From Candidatus Ozemobacteraceae bacterium (GTDB lineage: Bacteria; Muiribacteriota; Ozemobacteria; Ozemobacterales; Ozemobacteraceae): DNA of 64,000 nt. The notes under the pieces are model-generated. The model was not told the origin of the DNA and ran no database searches. It saw only the letters and a list, made by a program, of their open reading frames with translations. The position numbers and the translations under genes are program-made. Location of the stretch: assembly GCA_965140445.1 (NCBI GenBank), contig OZ223236.1, positions 4,608,001-4,672,000 on the forward strand, in the 5' to 3' direction. This document shows, one piece after another, positions 1 to 10,054 of the stretch. Each line of letters begins with the position of its first letter. Within the stretch, counting starts at the first letter, position 1.

Positions 1-132
1 TTTTTTTAGCCGCAAAAAAATGAAACTTTCTTGCTAAAGACCCATTAGAATTGAGAACATTCAACGCTCTCTGATCAATATTTCAAGGAGAAAACCAACC
101 TGGAAACTTGGCACTCCAATCAAACGTTGCAC

Positions 133-468
133 TCAATCACCCAAAAAAGCCCCCAGGCAATAGTCACGCTCAACCCTTGAGATTCTAGTTTTAAAAGACG
201 AATACCATTTTTCATGGCCCAATCTTTGTGCCACTTTATGCTCAACATTAGCTTTCCAGCTTTTGATTGACTCAAGATCAGACCAATACGAAACAGTAAT
301 ACCCACATCTTCTCTTGCTGACTCAAAGCCCAAAAATCCTGGTAGTTTTGATGCCAGTCCAAGCATTTTTACCGCCATTTCTTCATACCCCTCATCTTCT
401 TCAGTTCTTAGAGATGTAAAAATAACTGCGTAATACGGTGGTTTTGGCGTTTTTGCGATTAAAGACAT
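133..468 (-). CDS. Antibiotic biosynthesis monooxygenase (ABM) family protein
   Basis: Motifs PPYYAVIFTS, PGFLGFES and TVSYWSDLESIKSW...H..AQ..G are typical of ABM. The ATG at 468 follows an AAAGGAG SD, so the start is trimmed from the ORF-track 486. Confidence 0.85.
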   Translation of the reverse strand: MSLIAKTPKPPYYAVIFTSLRTEEDEGYEEMAVKMLGLASKLPGFLGFESAREDVGITVSYWSDLESIKSWKANVEHKVAQRLGHEKWYSSFKTRISRVERDYCLGAFLGD

Positions 469-661
469 TAGAACTCCTTTCAGCATTTAAACACAATTTG
501 ACGCTTGTGTAATTTTTGCCGTTCATTATCTAGACTCATAACTACTTTTAACTTTTAATAAAAGAATTTGGTGATTAAAACTTCATAACCCACGAAGCTC
601 AGGACAAGTTTTCCTTAGCTATGGATCAAAAATCGGATTAGGGAATTGTTTTGATAAATTT

Positions 662-1387
662 CTAATTTTTCAATAGAATTTCACTAAGATCTTTTTCTAT
701 AGAGCCTTCAAAAATGTTCCCATGGTAACAGATAATTTTTTCAACATGCATTTTTCTAATTTTTTCAATCGAACGCAAAGCTTCTTTCTTATCTAAGGTG
801 AATTGGGGATTAGCTATAACAAGCTTCTTATCTTCAATTGCTAATGCATCACCAGCTAGAAAAACATTGTTTTCTTCGAGAAACAGTGAAATATGGCCAG
901 GGGTATGCCCCGGTGTATTTATAACCTTCACACCTTCAGTTAAATATTCATTGTCATCAATACATTCATCAACAGGGCATGTATTTATGGTTTCCAGATA
1001 GCTGGCAAATCGCTCCCCAAATTCCTTTTCTTTACCTTTTAGATTTTCATTGTGTTTTTGGGCTTGAACCAAACGCATGGATTTTTCTTCTCCCGAGATG
1101 AAGCTTGATTCAAAACGACTTGCGACTATTTTGATCTCCGGATTTACGTCCTTAATTTCTTTCAATGAACCAATGTGATCGTGGTCATGGTGAGATATTA
1201 CAATTTTCTTTAAATCAGAAACCTTAAAACCAATTGCCCCTAATGCACTTTCAATCTCTGGCAATTGATTTGGATATCCAGCATCAAAAAGGATGAGGCC
1301 ATCCCCAGTTTGTATTACAACTGGATTAATTTCCGATTTAACAAAACCAAGATCTTTAATAATCGATAAAACAAAGTATTCTGTCAT
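662..1387 (-). CDS. MBL-fold metallo-hydrolase
   Basis: LFDAG, SHHDHDHIG, TPGHTPGH, GDA and terminal YHG metal-binding motifs; AGGAG SD. Confidence 0.9.
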   Translation of the reverse strand: MTEYFVLSIIKDLGFVKSEINPVVIQTGDGLILFDAGYPNQLPEIESALGAIGFKVSDLKKIVISHHDHDHIGSLKEIKDVNPEIKIVASRFESSFISGEEKSMRLVQAQKHNENLKGKEKEFGERFASYLETINTCPVDECIDDNEYLTEGVKVINTPGHTPGHISLFLEENNVFLAGDALAIEDKKLVIANPQFTLDKKEALRSIEKIRKMHVEKIICYHGNIFEGSIEKDLSEILLKN

Positions 1388-1479
1388 TTAATCTCCTGCA
1401 CTAATTATGCTTACCCAGAAAAGGAACATGTTATCGCCGTTTGAAGGTTGTCCTATATTTAGTGGTGCCGTAAATTTTC

Positions 1480-2325
1480 TCATTTTTGCCCGCAGGCACG
1501 ATAGCCATACCGAGCTAAATAATGCCAAATTTTCTTAATGTCCTGTTCGTTATATCCATGCCTGGTAACAGCTAGTCCAAGCATTTTTGCATTGATGATT
1601 CCGTTTTCAGCAATATTTTTAGCCAAATCAACGAATTGTTTGCCCCTGTAATCAGGGTAAAGCTCAATTGTCTCAACACTTAACTCATAACCAGCATGCC
1701 ATTTAATTGGAATGCCCAACTGCTTAGCTTGAATTTCGATTTCACTTAGCCTGTATATTGGATCTAAAACTAAGCATTCCACATCATTTTTCAGCGAAAT
1801 TGTCCCATGAATATGTGCCTCTATATAATCATCAAGTAAATCAACCTGCGCATGTCTGGCTTTATTAATTAAAAAACTCACTTTTGCAGACACTGCAAAA
1901 TCTTCAGGTTCATAAAAACTATCCGGATAACAAAAGGTTGTGCGTTCAAGCATATGCGGCTTCAATTGGAAATAGGCGGAACCAAAACGAGGTGAAGCAC
2001 CAGTTTCGTAACCGCGAAAATTGAGCGCGCCATATTTTGGCCTTAGACTTACAGGAGCATCATCATAAGCTCCATCAAAAGCTTTTTGCTCCCATAGCCA
2101 TCTTTCTCCGCCCTTGTAAGCCGTCAATCCTCCGTTACTTGTACCTGTTTCAAATTGAGACCTAAGTTTCCCATCAGAAGCAATAGCAGATAGCAAAGGC
2201 CTTTTATCTGAAGTATATCTATCTGGATGAAAGTTGATGGTAACGGAGTGCTTTGTAGCCTCAGTAATGCCTCGAGACTTAACTCGTATATTCTCAATTG
2301 CTCTGAAAACAAAATCTTTACTCAT
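1480..2325 (-). CDS. DUF3626 family protein
   Basis: TINFHPDR, RSQFETGTSNGG, RPKYGALN, GASPRFGS and DDYIEAHIHG motifs, recognised from memory of the family. Confidence 0.8.
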   Translation of the reverse strand: MSKDFVFRAIENIRVKSRGITEATKHSVTINFHPDRYTSDKRPLLSAIASDGKLRSQFETGTSNGGLTAYKGGERWLWEQKAFDGAYDDAPVSLRPKYGALNFRGYETGASPRFGSAYFQLKPHMLERTTFCYPDSFYEPEDFAVSAKVSFLINKARHAQVDLLDDYIEAHIHGTISLKNDVECLVLDPIYRLSEIEIQAKQLGIPIKWHAGYELSVETIELYPDYRGKQFVDLAKNIAENGIINAKMLGLAVTRHGYNEQDIKKIWHYLARYGYRACGQK

Positions 2326-2768
2326 CTATTCACCATTTGTTACGAAAAAATTGCCGAAATGCAACTGCTGTATTTCTTGTGACAACAATTTTGCAGACAC
2401 CAGCTTAAACAACTTTCCATTTCTTAGCATTTAAACAACTAAAACAGTCTTTCCTTTTATTACCTAACGTTAAAAGACATTAAAAGTAACGGTCTGAAAA
2501 CAAAAAAATTAAACTCCTCAGCCGCTATTGTGCACCACCAATCTTTTCTAACTCACAAAGAAAGTTCAGTGTATGCTACATGCAGACATGGGAGGTTTGA
2601 AAAAACCTGTAGGTTGCAAGAGAAAGTTGGCATTTATCGCAAAGTTCCCTTTCCTAAATGAAAGTATATTATTGCCACCGCCCCGTTCTTAGAAAAGAGA
2701 TACCTACGCCAGGTTCACAAGCGATTCTTTGAACGATTAACTTTAAGTTTAAAGAACCTAAAGGCCGC

Positions 2769-4733
2769 TTATTTTCGAGAAAACCTTTGCTCCAGGAATT
2801 TTAAATCGCTCTCGATCAAAGTAGCCAGCACGGGAAGCCTTTCATTATAAAGCTTTGCATTCTGTCCTGTAAGACTATAATCATTCCCCATCAGGGCTAT
2901 CCAATAGAGCTTGCCAGAGGCATCAGCATCAAAAATATTCATGAAGCCTTCATGGCGCACTAAAATCCTTCCCAATACAGACTCTTCAATGTTTACAACT
3001 GGAAAGCCCAGCTCGTCTGCTCCTGTGGTATTTTCAACCTTTAAATTAAGGTATTTTGCAATAATGGGAATAATATTCATGTGATTCGAAACTTTATTTA
3101 CCACCTCGGGTTTGATTCCTCCTCCAACCACAATCAGGGGCACTCTAAACTGGATGTAATGTGGACCTGTTGAGTGACCAAAGAACCCACTCTCTCCTAA
3201 TGATTCACCGTGATCGCCCAGGATTATAAAAACTGTTTTCTTATCCAGGCCGCTCTTTTTAACCTTATCAAAAAACCTGGTCAAACAATCATCAGCCCAT
3301 AGAGCGGCATTTTTGTAACGATTGCCTATACCTGCCCTATTTTCTGGTGTAGGTTCAAGAGTAAAAACATTATTTTTCTCTGGAGTAACAGGCTTAAATC
3401 GCTCAAATTCAGGTGGGTAATAATAGTTGAAATGCATGTTGTATAAATAGGATAAGTAAATGGCTTTTCCCGGTTCTTTAAGTTGACTAAAAGTCTTGTT
3501 TAAAACAGCTTCAGTAGACTGAAAATCGCTTACCGGGCCTGTTGTAATTATATTTTCTCGACCCCAGAAGGGAATTTCAGTTATTGAAGACTTTAATGAG
3601 GGTCCAATTAGCCCAGTTTTATATCCGGCTCTGTTAGCTGAAATCTCAAAATTTGAAACATCAAAAATTTCAGGGGAAAAGGCAATATTTATAGGAAAGT
3701 TTGAGTGAAAGACGCTATAAAAACTGCTTAAGCTAATATTTGAAAGAGAAAAATGGTTTTTAAACAATAGACCATTTTCAGCGACTTTCTTTAAGCCAGG
3801 CATCAACTTTTGAAAAGCATCAGATCTAAGACTTTCAACAAAGATGAAAACTATTTTTTCGGGAGATTCCTTTCCCCATTCATATCTTCCGTCTCCGTAA
3901 CAAAAATCAATATCAATTCTGTAATCCTTATCCAACACGGCCGCCAAATCAGAACTATCTGCCATTCGCGGATGTAGAGGCAATGGCAACAAGCCAAGAT
4001 TCAATTTTAGCGAAACGTAATCAGCAATAGAAACCTTTGAGCAAATCGGGTTAAAAATAAGCAATCCAGAAACAAAAAGAAATAGAGGAACAATTAACAA
4101 AGTCTTTAGATTTAAACTCCACTTATCCTCCTTTTTATACTTACAAACAAAATATGATGCGATAAATGGAAAAATTACTACTATTGCAATTTCAAAGATA
4201 AAAACCCATGAATTGCTCCCCAAGTGAGTTGCAGATTCAACAAAGAGCGATTTTACCCTCCAGAACTCAGCAAGGTATTTTATTGATAAGTGCGTCTTTG
4301 TAACCAAATACAAGCGCCAATCAAGGTATGCAAAAATAGCTAAAAGAAAATTGAAAATTAATAAAGCATTAAGAAAAAAAGTGGAAAGCTTTTGGGCAAA
4401 AAACAACTGAAATGCATAAATTGCATAGCATCCGCAAAATAGTATCAAAAGAATCCAGTCTTGAACTCCATTGCCATTAGCCAGGACACAGTTTATAGAG
4501 AAAAAACTGATTAGAAGCCCTGAGTATAAAAATATAGTTCTAGAGTTCACTTTCAATTTTATTAATGAAATTGAAAGTAAAAGAGAAAATATCCCATAAA
4601 CCAAAATAGGATTTAAATATGACAAAAGAATTACCGAATTCTGGTTCAATATAACTCCCATTAACTTCAACAAAATGAAAAGCGTTGAAGCTATCTGGAA
4701 AGGGATCAGATACTCAAAGTGTTTTTTTGTCAT
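2769..4733 (-). CDS. Membrane-anchored sulfatase/alkaline-phosphatase-superfamily protein (YejM/LtaS-like)
   Basis: Several N-terminal TM helices, then FVESLRSD, GDHGESLGE and GH motifs. Confidence 0.75.
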   Translation of the reverse strand: MTKKHFEYLIPFQIASTLFILLKLMGVILNQNSVILLSYLNPILVYGIFSLLLSISLIKLKVNSRTIFLYSGLLISFFSINCVLANGNGVQDWILLILFCGCYAIYAFQLFFAQKLSTFFLNALLIFNFLLAIFAYLDWRLYLVTKTHLSIKYLAEFWRVKSLFVESATHLGSNSWVFIFEIAIVVIFPFIASYFVCKYKKEDKWSLNLKTLLIVPLFLFVSGLLIFNPICSKVSIADYVSLKLNLGLLPLPLHPRMADSSDLAAVLDKDYRIDIDFCYGDGRYEWGKESPEKIVFIFVESLRSDAFQKLMPGLKKVAENGLLFKNHFSLSNISLSSFYSVFHSNFPINIAFSPEIFDVSNFEISANRAGYKTGLIGPSLKSSITEIPFWGRENIITTGPVSDFQSTEAVLNKTFSQLKEPGKAIYLSYLYNMHFNYYYPPEFERFKPVTPEKNNVFTLEPTPENRAGIGNRYKNAALWADDCLTRFFDKVKKSGLDKKTVFIILGDHGESLGESGFFGHSTGPHYIQFRVPLIVVGGGIKPEVVNKVSNHMNIIPIIAKYLNLKVENTTGADELGFPVVNIEESVLGRILVRHEGFMNIFDADASGKLYWIALMGNDYSLTGQNAKLYNERLPVLATLIESDLKFLEQRFSRK

Positions 4734-4802
4734 TTATTTGTTCCAATAATGTTAATTGATTCTTGTTTCGTAGAGTAGAGTTAAGTATAATATGCCTCTA
4801 TT

Positions 4803-5501
4803 ATGATTAAAAGAACACTTTTGATTTCAATAATTTGTCTAGTTGCATCTGTTTGCTATGCACAACCAGTAATCGTGCCAGCATCAGACACCTTCAGCAT
4901 ACCCGCAAGAAAGCCTGATTTAACAATCACAGCAAATACAATGACTGTTAAAGACGGGGTCGCTTATCTTGAAGGAAATGTTGTAGCAAAAAGGAAATTT
5001 GATTTACTGACATGCAATAAGGCAATAGTTAGTGAATCACCAAGATGGCTTCTAGCAAGCCTTACTCCAAGACTTTACAGAAAAGAGCCAATTCTTGAGA
5101 AAAAACTAACACGTGAATTGTTCCTCGACGCAAGAAACATATTCTGGGACAGTGATTCTGGGAAATTTAATGCCTCAGATTCGGTAAATCTAAAAATAGA
5201 GGAAAAAACCTGGGATATGGCAACATATTCCTGGGTTATAATTTCTTCAGATGCAATGGCTGGTTACCGCGACAACAACAGACTATTGTTTAGCGGGAAC
5301 GTTAAGATTCGAGATAAAGATAGATTTGGAGAAGGGCAAAGACTTGATTATATGAAAGATTCGTCCACTGCAATTCTATCTGGCAATGCTTATGTTGAAA
5401 CCAAAGAATGGAATGACAAAACTCATAAATTTGAAACAAGAATAATTACTGGCGAAAGAATCGTTTATAACACAGAAACTAAAGAAGCGACCTCTGAATA
5501 A
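4803..5501 (+). CDS. LptA/OstA-like beta-jellyroll exported protein
   Basis: Signal peptide; repeated LEGNVV, FSGNVKI, LSGNAYV and ITGERIVYN strands. Confidence 0.7.
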   Translation: MIKRTLLISIICLVASVCYAQPVIVPASDTFSIPARKPDLTITANTMTVKDGVAYLEGNVVAKRKFDLLTCNKAIVSESPRWLLASLTPRLYRKEPILEKKLTRELFLDARNIFWDSDSGKFNASDSVNLKIEEKTWDMATYSWVIISSDAMAGYRDNNRLLFSGNVKIRDKDRFGEGQRLDYMKDSSTAILSGNAYVETKEWNDKTHKFETRIITGERIVYNTETKEATSE

Positions 5502-5647
5502 GAAGCCTCTTCGTCTCTTGAAGATTTATGTATACAATTATATAATTTTCTAACTCTGATCAGTCAGAGGCCTAGTTTTTCTCAGATGTATTTTGATGCG
5601 GTTTGAGGGAGCTCTGCCGAAAAATTCACAACGGAATAGAAGCAAAA

Positions 5648-7948
5648 ATGGAACAAAATTTAAAATTTAAGGGTTTTACCCTTGATCCCTTTCAAACGCA
5701 GGCAATCGAAGAGCTTGACCAGGGACACTCTCTGGTTTTATCCGCCCCTACCGGTTCTGGAAAAACACTTATAGCAGAATATCTCATTGAAAAGGTTTTA
5801 AAAACTGACAAGAGAATTATTTATACCTCTCCAATAAAAGCGTTATCCAACCAGAAATATCGCGATTTTTCCCGTGAATATGGCGATAAAATAGGGATTT
5901 TAACTGGTGATGTGGTTATCAACCGCGACGCTCAGGCTTTGATTGTAACGACTGAAGTATACCGCAACATGGCAATAGAAGATCCGGAAGCCATAGCTGA
6001 CGTTTCATATGTTGTTTTTGATGAAATTCACTATCTCGGAGATATCGAAAGAGGTACTGTATGGGAAGAATCAATTATTTTTTCACCCAAAACAGTTCGA
6101 TTCCTTGCTTTATCTGCGACTATCCCCAACTGCGCTCAACTGGCGGCATGGATAGAATCCGTAATAGACCATAAAGTTTCTGTAATCAGCCACAATAACC
6201 GAGCTGTTCCACTTTCTTATATTTTCTTCTATAACCGACAGCTTCTTGATTTTAAAGAACTTAGAAAAAAGCTTAGAAATACGCCAAGTAAATCTTTCCT
6301 TCCAGTTGATAAGCGCAAGCAAAGAAAAGAAGGAGAAACTCGTCACTTTGAAATTATTCGGCAGCTTCGCAATCAGGACCGTCTCCCCCTGCTCTATTTT
6401 GTTTTTTCAAGAGCTTTGGCAGACAAGTATTCTCAGGATTGCTCAAAATATTTTGATTTTACTTCAGTCTCTGAGAAAAAAGAAATTGAGGAGCTTGTAG
6501 ATAACTGTATTGAAAAATATAACCTCCATAATCTTGAAACAGCTGGCAAGTTAAAGGAAGAGCTGATGGTAGGTGTTGGCCGTCACCATGCTGGTCTGAT
6601 GCCTCAATTAAAAGAGCTGGTAGAAATCCTTTTTGCCAAGAGAATTGTTAAAGTTCTTTTTGTAACAGAAACCTTTGCAGTTGGCGTAAACATGCCTGCA
6701 AGAAGTGTTGCTTACGATGCCCTGAAGAAGTATGATGGCAGGAGTTTTAGACCAATGCAGTCATTAGAATTCTGTCAGATTTCAGGTAGAGCTGGTCGCA
6801 GAGGAATTGATGAAACGGGCTACGTGGTTGTTCCTCATATTTCAAGAGATCTTAGTTTTGATGAACTACAAACACTGGTGTACGGCGACATCGAATATCT
6901 GGAAAGCCAATTCGATCTTTCTTTCAATAGTGTTTTAAACCTGTTTTCGGGACATAAATCAGAAGAAGTCCGTCTTATTTTAAAAAGAAACTTTGCTCAA
7001 TTCCAGGCTAATGGAAAGTTACCTGAAATTGCCAAGAAAGTTGCTCAGTTTCGTGAAGAACTTGAACATTCAGGATATAAGTGCCACGAAAAAGAGAGTG
7101 ATCTGGATGCATTCATGGAATTAGCCAAAAAACGGCAACAAGTTATAAACACCATGAATCAGCAATTTAACCAGATAAAGGGCGGATTAAGAGGTCGAAA
7201 AGGTCGACAGCAGCAAGCTCAGATAAAGAAAAGGTTTTCCGGAATTTTGGATGAGCTAAAAGCCAAAGAAGAGCAATTCTTCTGTGGAAAGTGTAAAAAC
7301 AAAGGCAAATGCATTTCCAAATACAACCAGGCCGCCAGATTAAAAAATAAGCTGAACTACTGGAAAAATATTCTGGAAGAACAAGAAGAATTGCAGCTGC
7401 CAATCTATGAAAGAAAGCTTGAAATCTTACGCCAACTTGGATATCTCGACGACAGAGGCCTTCTTGCAAGAGGAGAAATTGCTTCAAGAATTCATATTCA
7501 CGAAATAGCTGTAACAGAGCTCTATTTCCAGGGCTACTTTCACGAATGTGACAACTATGAAATCAATGCCCTGTGCCTCGCACTTATTTATGAACATCGA
7601 CGGCGCCCAACAAACGGAAACTCTCAAGTCAGGCTACGTCTTCCAGAAAAAATAAAAAGTGCCAGAGGTTATGTAAATAGCCTGGTAAGGCAATATCCAT
7701 TTATTGAGCCTATTGATCCAAGGCTTTCAGAAATAATGATCGACTGGAGCAAAGGTGAGGAATTCGAAAACATCATGAGACGCACCGACCTTCCCGAAGG
7801 TGATTTAATTAGAGCATTCAGGCAAACTATTGATCTAATTAAGCAAATTCGCGATGCGATAAAGGATCAGAGTCTCAAGGACAAACTTTTGAAATCTATT
7901 GATTTGATAAATCGAGACATCATTCTTGCTACGGAGCTTAGAGATTAA
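5648..7948 (+). CDS. Ski2/HelY-like DEAH-box RNA helicase with DSHCT C-terminus
   Basis: APTGSGKT, SPIKALSNQK, DEIH, LSAT, HHAG, TETFAVGVNMPA, QISGRAGRRG and C-terminal EGDLIR motifs. The ATG at 5648 is preferred over the TTG at 5603. Confidence 0.92.
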   Translation: MEQNLKFKGFTLDPFQTQAIEELDQGHSLVLSAPTGSGKTLIAEYLIEKVLKTDKRIIYTSPIKALSNQKYRDFSREYGDKIGILTGDVVINRDAQALIVTTEVYRNMAIEDPEAIADVSYVVFDEIHYLGDIERGTVWEESIIFSPKTVRFLALSATIPNCAQLAAWIESVIDHKVSVISHNNRAVPLSYIFFYNRQLLDFKELRKKLRNTPSKSFLPVDKRKQRKEGETRHFEIIRQLRNQDRLPLLYFVFSRALADKYSQDCSKYFDFTSVSEKKEIEELVDNCIEKYNLHNLETAGKLKEELMVGVGRHHAGLMPQLKELVEILFAKRIVKVLFVTETFAVGVNMPARSVAYDALKKYDGRSFRPMQSLEFCQISGRAGRRGIDETGYVVVPHISRDLSFDELQTLVYGDIEYLESQFDLSFNSVLNLFSGHKSEEVRLILKRNFAQFQANGKLPEIAKKVAQFREELEHSGYKCHEKESDLDAFMELAKKRQQVINTMNQQFNQIKGGLRGRKGRQQQAQIKKRFSGILDELKAKEEQFFCGKCKNKGKCISKYNQAARLKNKLNYWKNILEEQEELQLPIYERKLEILRQLGYLDDRGLLARGEIASRIHIHEIAVTELYFQGYFHECDNYEINALCLALIYEHRRRPTNGNSQVRLRLPEKIKSARGYVNSLVRQYPFIEPIDPRLSEIMIDWSKGEEFENIMRRTDLPEGDLIRAFRQTIDLIKQIRDAIKDQSLKDKLLKSIDLINRDIILATELRD

Positions 7949-8400
7949 TGACTTCAGGTTCAGAAAAGATAAAAGAGATCCAGAGCTTCTCTCCAGAAGA
8001 CACATTTAATGCCGGGTTTAAAATAGCTCAAGAATTTCCCAGATCTCTAATTCTTTTAAATGGGCAACTTGGCGCTGGCAAGACACACTTTGCCAGAGGG
8101 TTTACTGCTGGAATTGGTATAGAACAACAGGTTTCCAGCCCATCATATACTCTGGTAAATGAATATAGAAGTGCTGAGAAAACCGTTTATCACATGGATC
8201 TGTATAGAATCAACTGCTTTGAAGAAGTCGTCGATATTGGACTTTTTGAAATTTTAGAAGCTGGAGACCCATGTCTGATTGAATGGGCTGAAAAACTTAA
8301 TGAGTTAACCTTTCAAAAGCATGTATTAGTTTCGATTAAGGTTGCTTCAGATGAAAAAAGAACCATCTCCTATCAGGAAAAAGAAGGAAAAAAGGCATGA
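7948..8400 (+). CDS. tsaE: t6A tRNA modification ATPase TsaE
   Basis: GQLGAGKT, VSSPSYTLVNEY, HMDLYRI and IEWAE motifs; TAATG overlap with the helicase stop. Confidence 0.93.
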   Translation: MTSGSEKIKEIQSFSPEDTFNAGFKIAQEFPRSLILLNGQLGAGKTHFARGFTAGIGIEQQVSSPSYTLVNEYRSAEKTVYHMDLYRINCFEEVVDIGLFEILEAGDPCLIEWAEKLNELTFQKHVLVSIKVASDEKRTISYQEKEGKKA

Positions 8401-9035
8401 AGTATCTATTCATTGATGGATCACACTCTATTACTTATGCCCAGGTTGGAAAAGGCGAAACTTTTCAAACAAAGTCTTTTGATACCAAAAGATGCCTTGC
8501 GGGGAAAATAAGCTCTATTTGCGATGAAATGTTGCAATTGGCAAATATCTCCAAAAATGATTTGGATATTTTTGCCGTTGGAACTGGTCCAGGAAGCCTG
8601 ACGGGAATTAGAGTAGCGTGCTCTTTCTTTAGGACCTGCTCTTTATTGACCAAAAAACCTTTGCTTGATATTAGTCTTTTTGAATGGGCCTTTGAAACCC
8701 TTAAAGAACAAGGTGAAGCAAATGAAGCCAGAATTATTATTCCAACACTTATTGATAAAGCATTTGCTTTGGACTTGAATCTCGACCTGAACATAGATTT
8801 TTCGGAAGTAAAGCCAACACTGGTCAATTTAAAAGGAATTGATTCATCAAAGAAAAATTTTGGGGTTGGGTATCAAGCTGAAAACATTACCCAAATCTCA
8901 CTTTCTGATAAAGCGATAAACAAAATTATAAGAAGTAAAAATCTAAATTCAAACTTTGACATGGAAAACCTGTTAAAGGTTCTTCCAATGTATATTATAC
9001 CTTCACAGGCTGAAAGAAAGTTATTGGAAAAATGA
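8397..9035 (+). CDS. tsaB: t6A biosynthesis subunit TsaB (divergent C-terminal half)
   Basis: AVGTGPGSLTGIRV motif; located between tsaE and tsaD with ATGA overlaps. Confidence 0.8.
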   Translation: MKYLFIDGSHSITYAQVGKGETFQTKSFDTKRCLAGKISSICDEMLQLANISKNDLDIFAVGTGPGSLTGIRVACSFFRTCSLLTKKPLLDISLFEWAFETLKEQGEANEARIIIPTLIDKAFALDLNLDLNIDFSEVKPTLVNLKGIDSSKKNFGVGYQAENITQISLSDKAINKIIRSKNLNSNFDMENLLKVLPMYIIPSQAERKLLEK

Positions 9036-10054
9036 TTACATTAGGTATTGAGTCTTCATGCGATGATACATCAGTTGCAGTCGTAAAAGATGGCATTGAT
9101 ATTTTATCAAGCATTATCTCTTCGCAAATTGAAATACATAAAAGATTTGGTGGAGTTGTCCCAGAAGTTGCTTCCAGAAAGCACCTGGAGGCAATTCTTC
9201 CGCTTCTGAACCAGGCAATAGAAAAAGCAGGCATAGCATTGGATGATGTTGATCAGATTGCAGTAACAGCTGGCCCTGGCCTGCTAGGTCCACTCTTAAT
9301 TGGTCTAAGCACAGCCAAAGCCATTGCTTGGATGACAGGAAAACCACTAATTCCAGTAAATCACATTGAAGCTCATTTGACCGCAGCTTTTTTAAGCAAT
9401 GGCATAGCCCCAAAATACCCCTATCTGGGTCTAATCGTTTCAGGCGGACATTCAAATCTTGTTCATGTTACAGAGCAAGGGAAATACAATATTCTTGGAT
9501 ACACTATTGACGATGCACCTGGAGAATTATTTGATAAGATTTCAAGATTTCTAGGACTCGGTTATCCGGGTGGCCCAGCTATCCAGAAAATGGGAGAATC
9601 AGGTGATCCTGATAAATACAGCCTCCCAAGACCTATGTCTGGTAAAGGATACTTGTTTAGCTTTAGCGGTTTAAAAACGGCAGCGATAAGAGTGGCACAG
9701 GCCGAAGGGGAAAAACTTGATATTCCTTCACTCTGTGCGAGCCTTCAAAAGGCTGTGGCAGAAACTTTTTACAATAAAACTAAATTAGCACTAAAAGAAA
9801 CTAAAGCAAAAAGGCTGGTCCTGGCTGGAGGAGTTGCAGCGAACTCGGTTTTGCGTGAATCATTTTCTCACCTTGCAAAAAAATATCGAGCTGAATTGCT
9901 TCTTCCGAGCTTACATCTATGCACTGACAACGCAGCAATGATTGCGGCACATGGCCATTTTGCAAATAAACAAATTCAGGATATTGAACTTGCTTCAAAT
10001 TCTGTGTCGAATTGGGAGATGGGCAAACCTCTTCCAGATTGGGATAAGAAATGA
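9032..10054 (+). CDS. tsaD: tRNA threonylcarbamoyltransferase TsaD
   Basis: LGIESSCDDT, GGVVPEVASRKH, NHIEAH, SGGH, FSFSGLKT, GGVAAN and CTDNAAMI motifs. Confidence 0.97.
   Translation: MITLGIESSCDDTSVAVVKDGIDILSSIISSQIEIHKRFGGVVPEVASRKHLEAILPLLNQAIEKAGIALDDVDQIAVTAGPGLLGPLLIGLSTAKAIAWMTGKPLIPVNHIEAHLTAAFLSNGIAPKYPYLGLIVSGGHSNLVHVTEQGKYNILGYTIDDAPGELFDKISRFLGLGYPGGPAIQKMGESGDPDKYSLPRPMSGKGYLFSFSGLKTAAIRVAQAEGEKLDIPSLCASLQKAVAETFYNKTKLALKETKAKRLVLAGGVAANSVLRESFSHLAKKYRAELLLPSLHLCTDNAAMIAAHGHFANKQIQDIELASNSVSNWEMGKPLPDWDKK

Noticed and set aside
487..661. Possible integron attC site between the ABM and MBL genes
   Set aside because: Only a partial right-end resemblance; no paired R''/R' and L boxes, no repetition in the other spacers, and no integrase in the window.
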